A stretch of DNA of 64,000 nt from Takakia lepidozioides (lineage: Eukaryota > Plantae > Bryophyta): positions 7,812,001 to 7,876,000 of the forward strand of contig CM060734.1 of the NCBI GenBank assembly GCA_030704615.1, read 5' to 3'. Shown here piece by piece: positions 38,492 to 48,580 of this stretch (positions are counted from its first letter, which is position 1; every line of letters starts with the position of its first letter). The notes beneath the pieces are model-generated. The model was not told the DNA's origin and did no database searches. It saw only the letters and a list, made by a program, of their open reading frames with translations. The position numbers were made by a program, and so were the translations under genes.

Positions 38492-41400
38492 ACGGAGGTG
38501 CCACTAGTTGCTGGGGAAAGTGCCGGTACGAGCACTAGTGATACTAGCGGGTATACGAGACGGGGTGTGCGGTTTAGGCCACCTTCACCTCCTATGTCTT
38601 CTACGGAAGGTTCTGATTCGGATTGTGAATCAGGAGGACTTACACTGGCGGTGCAAGTTGTTTCCTTGCTATTGTTGTGGGACACAATGGAGGAGATGTA
38701 TGGAGCCACCAAGGGGCCACGTAGGTACTCTGGGACGGTGGGCACCATTGAGTTGGATGATTTTATCCAAGAGTTTGATAGTTGGTGTGACTTGTAGCAA
38801 ATGTGCAATCCACAACTATTTACACCTTTTATGACATGGAAGGGGCTGTTTCAGCACCTTGAGGGGCCGCCCATGGATGATTACCATGAGTTTAGGCGGG
38901 GGCACGATGTGGAGATCGAGGAGTGGAGGATGTACTGGTCACCCAACTATGTCTCCATCACTAGAGGCACTAGAGGCACAATGGCAGCAGCCACACCAGC
39001 AGCTTCCACGAGCAGTAGTGGGACTAGTGGTACAACACTACGACCTCCACCCAAGCTACTGCTGCACCAGCACCAGTGGCAGTGTCTGCCTTCAACCCTA
39101 TTGTGGAGTTCTTCGAAGAGTTGAGAATGAACTACCAAGTGGTGAGGACAGAGAAGTTGAGGAGCTTGCAAGAGTTCCAGAGGAAGCTTACTGAGAGCTT
39201 GATGGAGGCTTTCACTCGCATGAGGCGCTTGATTAATGTAACCCAAGGGGTTATGGAAGCTCAGGCAGTCCAATTATGGTACGAGATATTGGACAAGGAA
39301 CTGAGGAGAAGGGTACGGGATGCAACTCTCCTACAAGCGGCCCAACCCACGTTAACAAATATGTTTTTGCTGGCAGAGCGGATAGAGCTCAACATGGTGG
39401 AGGAACGAGTGGTCATGGTGGGATTTGCTAAGGAGGCACCATGGGGTAGTGGTACTCCTAGCCAACCACTACCTCAACGTGCTCAAGGCAACAAGGGGGC
39501 TCAAGTGAAGCCCAGGGAAGGACAGAGAGGACCTTAGATGCAGGGGTCTCTCCCTTCATTTGCAAGCCAACAACGGGCGGATGTGGTGTGTTGGACATGT
39601 GGAGGACCCCATGTCAAGAAGGATTGCCCAGAGGGAGGCAATGGTTTGGCACCGGCACAGCCTGCACAGTTGCAGTGTGGGCATTGTGGCAAGTATGAGC
39701 ATGGAGAGGCCCAGTGCTATGGTTTGCATCCTGAGTTGCGCCCAGACCAGTTCCAAGGGAATAATGGTGGCCGGGGGCGAGGTGGAGCAGCCCAGAGAGG
39801 ACGAGGTGGAGGCCAAGGGCAAACTCAACATGGCCAAGGACGCGGAGGTCAGGGTGGTGACCAAGGCATGGCCAACCGGCTTCAGCAGCTAGAGCAGAGG
39901 CTCGCTGCCATGGCCACAGCTCGGGTGGTACCGGCTCCAAGGCCGAATGGTCCACCTCCTGCTCCTGAAGGAGAAAACTTGGGAGACATGGGATTCATGT
40001 GCGGGGCAGCACTACCACTAGTGGGGGGTGCCACTACCACTACCACTGTGGGTGGGGCACCACTACCACTAGTGTCGGGCACCACTACCACTATCATTAT
40101 GTGCGGGGCATGACTACCACTAGTGCAAGTGGAGTCAGCTGCGGCAGTGACTCGAGGAGCAGCACGAGTTCCTGAGCCACGGGGTACGGAGGTGGAGATC
40201 CACAACGTGGGGAGGCAAGCCGTCAGGCCAGGCCTCCTCATTCATTCACATTGGCGGAGACACTGTCGACGCCATCCATGGCACCTAGTTCTCGCCCGAC
40301 TGTTGACGAGGCGGAGGTTACTATGCATTGGGGAGAGCTATATGGGCAGCACCACTACCTAGTGTTGCCAAGGCTACGGCAGCTAGTGTGCTGCTGGGGG
40401 CGGCCACAGCTGTGTGCCAAGCTCCATTGTTCTCGGCTACCATGATTGCGACGCCGGGGGTAAGACCAACTGAGGTGTTCAGGCTGGCAGCTACACTCTG
40501 TGAGAGTGGGGATGTTACTTCATCTTCTGTGGAGATAGTGAGAGGTGTAGTGCCGGAGGGATCCTTGGATATGAGGGTCAAGACTGCCACGGCGGCGCCA
40601 CGGCAAGCTGCAGCTGCCAGGTTGGCGGAGCTGCCAGCTAGGCCAGCCATTGGGCGCGCCATGGTGATACCTGGAGTTGTCATGTTAGACAACCAGGATG
40701 ACATTTTCTGTTTGAGTGGATCGGCAGGCAAGAGATACCGGCCACTGCGGGTCTTGTTGGACTCGGGAGCTCAGCCATTGATGCTGGGCAGAGCTGCTAT
40801 TGCAGGCTTGGGCCTCACGGAGGCGGATATGGAGCCGTGCCCTTTCCAGATACAGACATATCTGGGAGGATCAGAACAGGCTCGGGGCATGACACGGCGT
40901 GAGTTGACTATCAGACTACAGCCGGATCATCCTACAGATAGCTCAGTGATGAGAGCCAAGGCCATTGTGACAGACGCGGTCTCGTACGATGTCCTTGTTG
41001 GTGGGGCAGTGTTGTACCCCATGGGCTTCACCCTGGATTTTTGGGAGGAGTCAGCTTCCTATAGGCCTGGATGGCAGTCAGGGGAGGGCTGGCGTGTGCA
41101 ACTCCCTATGACGTTCATAGGAGGAGTTGCGGTTGCCCAGCGAGGCAAGATGCCGACACTGGCAGCATTTACAGCTGCAGTGACTTGGCCTGGAGAGTTG
41201 TTGGATGACAACACTCATTCAGAGGATGTGTCACCTCCAGGAGAGCAAGATGACATGCATGGTATGGCGGAGTTGCCTGTCATGGTTGCTCACACTCCAT
41301 TGTGGGGCTCGAGCAAGGATTTGCAGTGGGTTGCTGATTGACGGGTGCAACAAGCCTGGGTAGAGGCTTTTGTACCGTCAGGAGAGGAGGAGAGTGCGGG

Positions 41401-42720
41401 TATTGCACCAGGACCACCTCAGTTGTCACCATTGGACACCACACCGATCGTGTGATAGTGTCCGGATGAAGGCATTTGCCTTCTGGACTTGTTTGGCGGG
41501 ATCAGCACCGGATTGGCTGCTGTGCTATAGGCAGGTGTACGGGTACGACGTTACTTGTATGTGGAGAGGGATGAGATTGCACGACGCATCTCACTCCGTC
41601 ATGTTGCTCCGTTGGTGCAGCAGTACCCTGAGTTGTTGCCAGTGTCTGCGGTTCGTGGATATCAACAGGCCTTGCCAGCACACATTTCGTTGCTGAGGGC
41701 GCACGATTTGGAGCGGGTTAGCTCCATTGATTTGATAGTGGCAGGTTGGCCCTGCTAAGGGCATTCATTAGCCGGGCATGACAATGGATTGCGAGACTCG
41801 AGGTCGGGTCTGTTTTGGGAGATGGTGCGGGTTTTGCACCACTTACAACTTCATCAAGCTGTATCTCCAGCATACATCTTGGAGAATATGCCACTGATGG
41901 GCGATTCTCGGGCCAGGGTGATGGCCAGTGTGCATCAAGTCCGGTCGTGGCTTGGGTCAGCAGTGTTGCGGAATGCAGCTGCAGTGGGGTCACGAGCTCA
42001 TCGTCCACGGTTATAGTGGACTAACTTGATGTCACCCGCATTGCTCAAGCGTGCATTTGATGGGGTGCAGCGGCCAGCACACCTCACAATGGATAGCATT
42101 TTGGACACATGGAGGCAGTCTCAACGTGTGAGATACGATGACCGTTCGCATTTGGCAATGGTCAATAAGGTGGATCAAGCACGAGCAGCACTACCTACGT
42201 TGCTCAGCTTCCCAGGATCGCATGCTTTTCGGGATAGTGGACCTGACCTCTTGTGGGATGCTCAGTTGCAGCAGTTAGTGGAGCCTAATGCCGACGAGCG
42301 AGAGCGGGCTATAGGTTTTTCCACTGGGACCACGGCGGTATCTTCTCTTTCTGAGGCATCACGTCGTCAGGTGTTGGGGCAAGCGATGGATCTCAATTGC
42401 TTGACCTGGATTATCAGCTTGGCTATGGCTGAGCAATGTAGAGTGCGGAGTGCACTTCCCTTAACGGTCTCTCTGCCTACCGAGACGGTACAGGCAGTGA
42501 GTGGGGGCGAGCCGGTGAGGACCACGGGGTATAGACATCCATGGCACACATGGGAGGTGCTCGAGGTTCAGAGGGAGTTGGCAGCCAAGGCGGTTGTGAT
42601 GGATGAGGTTGGGGATTCTTCTCGGGTCGAGGAGGTCCTCAAGGATGAGATGATGGGGCAGGATGAGGCCTTATCATTGACTGAGCAGACAGGGAGTACT
42701 GCCATGAGGTTGCGGCATAA
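38492..42720 (+). pseudogene. ORF1 (gag-protease-DNMT3-like) of copy C
   Basis: Collinear with copy A. DNMT motifs I-X at ~41470-42410, with premature stops in and around the domain (41339, 41453, 41456, 41528, 41756, 42014). Confidence 0.92.
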
Positions 42721-43339
42721 CAACCACGGAACGCGTCTCCTACCTCTAAGTCTGCTGGACTTAAGGTTGCAGTTACGGAGGACAATTGGGAGCCTGACAT
42801 TGGACCCATTGTCACTCGAGGAGAGAGATGACGTATACGGCGGTTCCTGAGGGCTTACAAGAATTGCTTTGCCTCTCGTGCTACGGTGGAGGAGCATGAG
42901 AGACATGTTCAGGTTGTGCATCAACCGGGTTTGGTCAATAGGGATGCGGATGGATTGAGTCGCAATCCATGCACGAGCCAACATGATGACACTGGAGCTC
43001 GGTGGCATGGTGAGACGGACAAGGAGATGGTGCCGGGATGGCATGCATCTGCCTTTTTGTGTATCTTGGCATCGGGAGGTCAGGTTGGACCTACAACAGG
43101 GATGACTGTAGACAGAGTGTCTGAGGACCCCGAGGCTAGTGATGAGCCAGGTGGTGCCAGAGATATACATGAGGATTCGGTTGTGTTGGACTACCTCCGC
43201 ACTGGAGACACGACAGTTAGTGTGACTGCCAAGAAGAGGGATCGGATCCTGCAACGAGCCAAGAGGTTCAAGTGGGAGGGGATACATCTGCTTCGAGTGT
43301 GGGAGGATGGTCGGGTGAGGATCGTGCCTTACCCAACAC

Positions 43340-44555
43340 AGCATGCACCCCCAACCCCCATGAGAAGTTGGGGCATTTTGGAGTGCGACGCACTAAAAAT
43401 CTACTGCAGGGGCAGTATTGGTGGCGTGGTATGCACACAGAGGTGCAACAGTTTGTGGCTAAGTGCATGGTGTGTGACAAGGTGCGTGCTTTATTTAACG
43501 CCCCTACACCACAATTGCATCCTTTACCCATTATGGCATTGGGCTAGAGGTGAAGTCTTGACTTCGCAGGGCCGTTGCCACAGATGATGCGCCACCACAG
43601 ATATGTGTTGGTGATGGTGGAGCACTTCTCCAAGTGGATTGAGTTGGTTCCATTGCCTGACAAGACTAGTGAGGGGGTTGCGTATGCATTCTTGGATCGT
43701 GTGCTTAGCCGATTTGGTGCTTCAGCTGAGGTACTCACGGACCAAGGGAGAGAGTTCTTGGGGGAGTTTCAGGCTTTGTGTGATAAAGCCTTGATAGACC
43801 ACCGTACCACTTCTCGGGATCATCCTGAGGCCGATGGCTTGGCAGAGAGAGTGGTGCAGACGGTAAAGAGGGGTTTGCGCAAGTATGGCTTACAAAAGGG
43901 ACACCTAGGAGATTGAGATCTTCAGGTACCTTGGTTAGCCATGGGCTACAGGTCTAGCAAGCAAGCATCACTTGCCTCTTTCTCACCATATTTCATTCTC
44001 TTTGACCGAGAGCCGGATTTGCCTACATCTATTCGCAGGGAGGCTGCAGTAGTCCTTAGCCCTGATGATCCGGATGTGTGGACACAAGCATGTGCCCAGC
44101 GGGCAGAGTTGTTCAAGAGAGTCATGCCTATGGCTTTTGAGAATCTTGCTATTGCCCAACACTGAGACACATTGAGGTATGTCACTATATGTGGAGTGTA
44201 TCTGCAGCAGACAGCACCTACGACCTTGGATGTCACATCATGACATGTGATTCTAAGGGTCGAGAAGGTGTTGCCTTCAGGAGTGTTGATTCTGGAGGGT
44301 TGAGATGACATGGTATGGAAGGACCATGTGCGCAATTGTGCGCCATGTCACCTTCCACATGTGGATGGGAGGATAGATCCCATCCTTGCAGTGGTACCTG
44401 CAGGGTTGCATTGCATGCTATGTGGGCATGCTCGTGGTGCCGCCACTATGGTGGTGTGTGATGGATGTTCAAGAGGTTGGCATATGGGATGCTTGACACC
44501 ATCTCTTGAGAGGGTTCCTGATGGAGATTGGTTATGTCCACACTGCTTGGGATAG
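43340..44555 (+). pseudogene. DDE integrase with C-terminal PHD finger, copy C
   Basis: HHCC (HEKLGH...CMVC); catalytic SLDFAGP, VLTDQG, LAERVV; C-terminal WKDHVRNC then C4HC3 PHD CMLC...CDGC..GWHMGC...WLCPHC (44412-44546); stop 44553-44555. Confidence 0.92.
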
Positions 44556-44813
44556 TGGCAGTGGATATGACTAATGGTAGCTAACAAGACATGGGAGGCC
44601 AAGCTCGTAAGAGTCAATACCCGAGATCTCAGGCTCAAGTTCACAGGTTGCAAGACGACAACTAACGATGGGGTAACTCTTGTACCCGACCTCTTGATCT
44701 ATCGAGTTTGAGTGTAGTAAGGACAGTGGTGGAGGACGTAGTGAGGCTATGATCACTATCACATCTTGTGGCTACCTGGACTTAGAGGGACCTAAGCGCC
44801 AGCTAGAGAGACG

Positions 44814-44952
44814 ATTGTGATGGACTAGTGGCTACACTAGTGGTGACTAGTGATTGTCTAGTGGCAGCCTAGTGGTGCACTAGTGGTGGACTAGTGATAG
44901 ACTAGTGTTTGGTGTGCACATGTGTTGTGTAGCGATATGTATGCGCACGACA
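44814..44952 (+). repeat. Internal repeat B1 of copy C (copy of the element 3' end)
   Basis: ATTGTGATGGACTAGTGG...GCGATATGTATGCGCACGACA, matching 45270-45568. Confidence 0.93.
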
Positions 44953-44954
44953 GC

Positions 44955-45269
44955 TGTCAAGTTATTTTACCACTAGTGTGAAACTAGCTAGGAAATAGTT
45001 AGTTTTGATATATTGATATTTGGGATTGACCCAAGTGTCAATCCAAGGGCCAATATATGTTTGGGCACCTGGCGTTGTTATCTTCACGGCATATCGCGGT
45101 GGGCTCATCTTTCTTAAGTTGAGCCTCACCGCGTCTAGCTATGGCGCCGTAGTGTGGAGTCCCCATGGCGTGGGGTGCACTTGGCTCGACTTAATATATG
45201 AGTGATGTTTTCATGTACAAGTATGTAAGTTTGAGAGAGGTTGTGTGCTTGTGTCATTTCTTTCTTTAT
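44955..45269 (+). repeat. Internal repeat A2 of copy C (copy of the element 5' end)
   Basis: Matches 35932-36246; joined to B1 by the dinucleotide GC. Confidence 0.95.
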
Positions 45270-45568
45270 ATTGTGATGGACTAGTGGCAGCCTAATGATG
45301 GACTAGTGGCTGCACTAGTGGTGGCTAGTGGCAGCCTAGTGGTTGGGCTAGTGGCAGCCTAGTGGTTGGACTAGTGGCTGCACTAGTGGTGGCTAGTGGC
45401 AGCCTAGTGGTGGACTAGTGGCTGCACTAGTGGTGACTAGTGGTTGTCTAGTGGCAGCCTAGTGGTGCACTAGTGGTGGACTAGTGATAGACTAGTGTTT
45501 GGTGGGCACATGTGTTGTGTGGTTGTGGACATCGATGTAGTTGTGTAGCGATATGTATGCGCACGACA
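45270..45568 (+). repeat. Terminal repeat B2 of copy C, with expanded CTAGTGG array
   Basis: Same start and end as B1, with extra CTAGTGG-based units; ends GACA followed by the TSD TGGA. Confidence 0.93.
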
Positions 45569-46680
45569 TGGACTTGAATAGGAAAGGAGGCTGCAGGTTG
45601 AGGGGGTGATTGGCGGTATGGTTCTGATTGAGGGATGGGTTTAGAAGGCAGACCATGGTTTTGAATAATAGGAGGATGGCCCACCTGTTCCTGAACTCTG
45701 GCCATTCTTTTCCTCTTTGCCGTGGGGCAGTGTGATCTGAGATGACCAGAAAGGCCACAATAATAACAGGCTGAAAGAGGCTGTATCTTTTGAAACTTTG
45801 ACCGAAAAATAATTCCCCTGATCATCAATTGGCAGTCTGATAAATTGAGGCAAGATCTTGTCTGAGGGCATCATAACTACTATCTTTGCAAAACCATTTT
45901 CATGAGGTCTTGATGCAATCGTAGCCCCCCTCTAGAAATGATCCTTCCGCAGCGAGGCCAAGCTCATGCTTGGATCAAAAACCGCCAGGCATCCTAAAAA
46001 CGCTCCAAAGAAATTCCCTATCGTTGGCAGACAAAACAAATATTGGTCCGGAATATATGGGAGGGCGATTATCCGGGGGCTCCAGATCTTACCGTTAATG
46101 TTGCCCATACTCTTGGACCAGGGAAATATGTTGACGTTGAACCCATGCAAATGGGGATTGAAAGCCAAGGCTCCGTCTTCCGCCTTTTTGGACTCCAGGA
46201 GGACAGAGAAGAAGCCGCGACATCTTGGATGGCAAAAGTGCTGCTGCAGGTCTCCAGTTCCCCCTAGGTGCCTGATTGCCCAGTCGTGAGCGTGGTTCCT
46301 GTCAACTTTCTTGCCAGGAAAGTGCAAGAGGACCCCATTGCTTTCAATATAAGCTATGTTCGAGTAGATTTGGGGCAATTCGACTGGCAGCAGAGGGTGC
46401 TCTTTTGCCATCTCTCTTTGAAAACCTGCATTGTCGTTTAGAGATTTGTCCGGGAGGTCTTTGTCCAGGGAAGCCGGAGGGAAGCCTGTAGGACTGAGGG
46501 CATGAGGATTGACTTCGCGGGGGATGATGGCCCTGCCAAAAACCCTAACCAGTTGGGATTGGGGGGGGCGAATACGAGGGACCTTGGGGGATGAGGCCTA
46601 AAGACTGGACTTGGTGAGCCATGAAGAAACCAGTTCCTGTAGATAGGTGAAAACGCCTCGCTTCAACAAAGTTGTTGTGG
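45569..46680 (-). pseudogene. LINE ORF1 N-terminal part (zinc knuckle)
   Basis: CYYCGLSGHLRSHC; upstream IFPW...IIALPYIPDQY..CLPTIGNFFG resembles plant L1 ORF1; continues at 35931 beyond copy C. Confidence 0.75.
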
Positions 46681-47374
46681 CCAGTTCTGGCGGGGGCTGA
46701 CTTGAAAGATTTGTTGAGCTGGGGCACCATGGAGAGGATCGGGTGATGCAAGATTGCTGGGAGAGGAGAAAGTGGAGAAAACGGAGGAAGGTAGGAGGGG
46801 TGATGGAAGATGTAGCAGGTGAGAGACACAGTGATGAGAGTAGACACTTGGTTCCACGAGCTGATCAGCTGAGGCTACAATCGAGTGGGAGAGGCTACGT
46901 GAGGGAGGAGTTAGAGAAGTGACGGCTGCATGGAGGCAGTTTGCTGGGGTTCGTTACTTGGATGACAAAAGGGTAAGTGTGATTGGCTAGAGAGGTTTTA
47001 GCCGAGGGATTTTGGGAGGGCCGCCATAGGAAGGCGGCTGTTCGTTATGGAGAGATGATTAAGATAAACGTGAAGCGCTGAGTGCTGGGTTTGACACAAG
47101 GATGAAAAGATCCTTGTTAATCTGGTAGACTGCCCTAGGGAAAGTTCGGGGGAGGCCAAGGAGGGGTGATGGATTATGATGGTTCAAAATGATGTTCAAG
47201 ATATGGCGAAGGGCCCGATAGGACGAGGTGATGATGAGAGGGACGATTGAGGACACAAGAAGGCAAGATGGCATGAGATGAGACGCAGCCGTCAAGGGGA
47301 AGAGCATCAAAGTACGCCCTCTCACCGCATATCGCGGAGATCCCGTCCATCGTCTCCATCTTGGATGGTGGAGA

Positions 47375-47472
47375 ACATATTTCAATATCTGGGACAAGTA
47401 ATACCCGTTCCCCTAATAATTCCAAATAAAATCTTCCAGGGGCTTTATCCCCTGTTTAATTTAAAAAAAAAA
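47375..47472 (+). mobile_element. Short 3'-end fragment of a related LINE/SINE with poly(A) tail
   Basis: AATAAAATCTTCCAGGGGCTTTATCCCCTGTTTAATTT-A(n) resembles the 3' end of the minus-strand LINE (AATAAAATTTCCAGGGCCACCGACCCCTGTTATTA). Confidence 0.55.
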
Positions 47473-48580
47473 ACCATCCATAATATATATTTAACCCACA
47501 AACGGATGACCTTACATACAATTCCCTTTATTTATTTTTAGAAAACCAATTCCCGAAAATGGTCATAACTATACAATAATATATGCGGATCTTTTTCCTC
47601 TTTTTGGGGGGGGTGAGCTTCATCTACTTCATCTGTACACAAACCTATCTTGCTGTGTTGCGTCTAGAATGAAAAAAAAGTCACCAAAACCTTCAACACC
47701 TTGTTTTCAGCATTCATGATCTGTGAAAGCAAGGCCCCAGCATCTAAAGGACATCACCCCAACTGCCATTTGACATTCCTGCAGACAAATAGTTTTAAGC
47801 CACCTCAATGACAAGCCACAATCACTCTTCCAGTTGGAGATGACCTAATTGCCTCCCTTACATGACAAAGGGTTAAGGAACTTACAGGATGCACCATAAT
47901 TTGCATTATTCACTTCTGCTGTAACAAGGCATTAAAGAGTCGCGCAAGTGTTTCAACAGTTCTGCTGTCAGTATGTAGGCTTGTGCAAGCTTTAAGGCAC
48001 CAAAGATATATACTATGCTCAAAAGTAAAACGTTTCAATATGTTCCCCTCAACCTAATCTCTACCTCCCCAGTCACTGGGCGCAGACTTCACAAGTTGGC
48101 CAGGAAAAAGGGAATATGGCCCACGATAGAGCAATGCTCTGCTCGCACGTGTGAAGAGCGCAGATCATTTTTAATTAACTCCAACCCCTCAGGTAACTCG
48201 ACATCTCCAAAGGCTGCAGGTCTGCAATAGTAGCATGAACACCAGCACAATAGTTTGTCTACTCCACCACCCTATATCCACGCAGCGCACGCAGCGTATT
48301 ACAACCTGGTGCCTTAAGCAAGAACCAATTCTTGCAACTGTAAAACTACCTGTTGCCATGTCAAATCACCAGTTTTCATTAAGGGGGAGTCATCAGCCAA
48401 CATTGGACCCCTCCTTGAGAAGAGCTGGATCAATGATGGCCTCGAGACAGGTTGGGTCCGTGTGTGGACTCTAGTCCTCCTCCCATCATGACTTTGTCGT
48501 AGCAACTTGATACCAAGCTCCCCCCTTGGCGAACTTGTCAAAAGCACACATGATTCTGGTGAGCATGTTTATCCCTGTAT

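Larger units (their letters stand above)
35932..45568 (+). mobile_element. DNMT-carrying Ty3/Gypsy-like retroelement, copy C (both termini present; RT/RNase H largely deleted)
   Basis: Termini TGTC...GACA; TSD TGGA at 35928-35931 and 45569-45572; gag-PR-DNMT-[deletion]-IN-PHD; split direct repeats. Confidence 0.95.
29117..47370 (-). mobile_element. L1/Tx1-type LINE, near full length, interrupted by a MITE (34658-35341) and by copy C (35932-45568); 5' boundary approximate
   Basis: ORF1 pieces at 45570-46680 include CYYCGLSGHLRSHC, and the sequence is continuous across copy C. ORF2 is EN-RT-zf. AATAAA at 29149-29144 (-) precedes the TA tail. Confidence 0.88.

Noticed and set aside
35932-45269. 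Standard LTR pair formed by A1 and A2
   Set aside because: A1/A2 do not end in CA, no PBS or PPT adjoins them, and the TSD lies after B2 at 45569, not after A2.
35932-45568. DIRS/Ngaro tyrosine-recombinase element with its usual methyltransferase
   Set aside because: No tyrosine recombinase seen. It has an HHCC-DDE integrase, aspartic protease and TSD, and the MTase has C5 motifs (PC, ENV), not adenine-MTase DPPY-type motifs.
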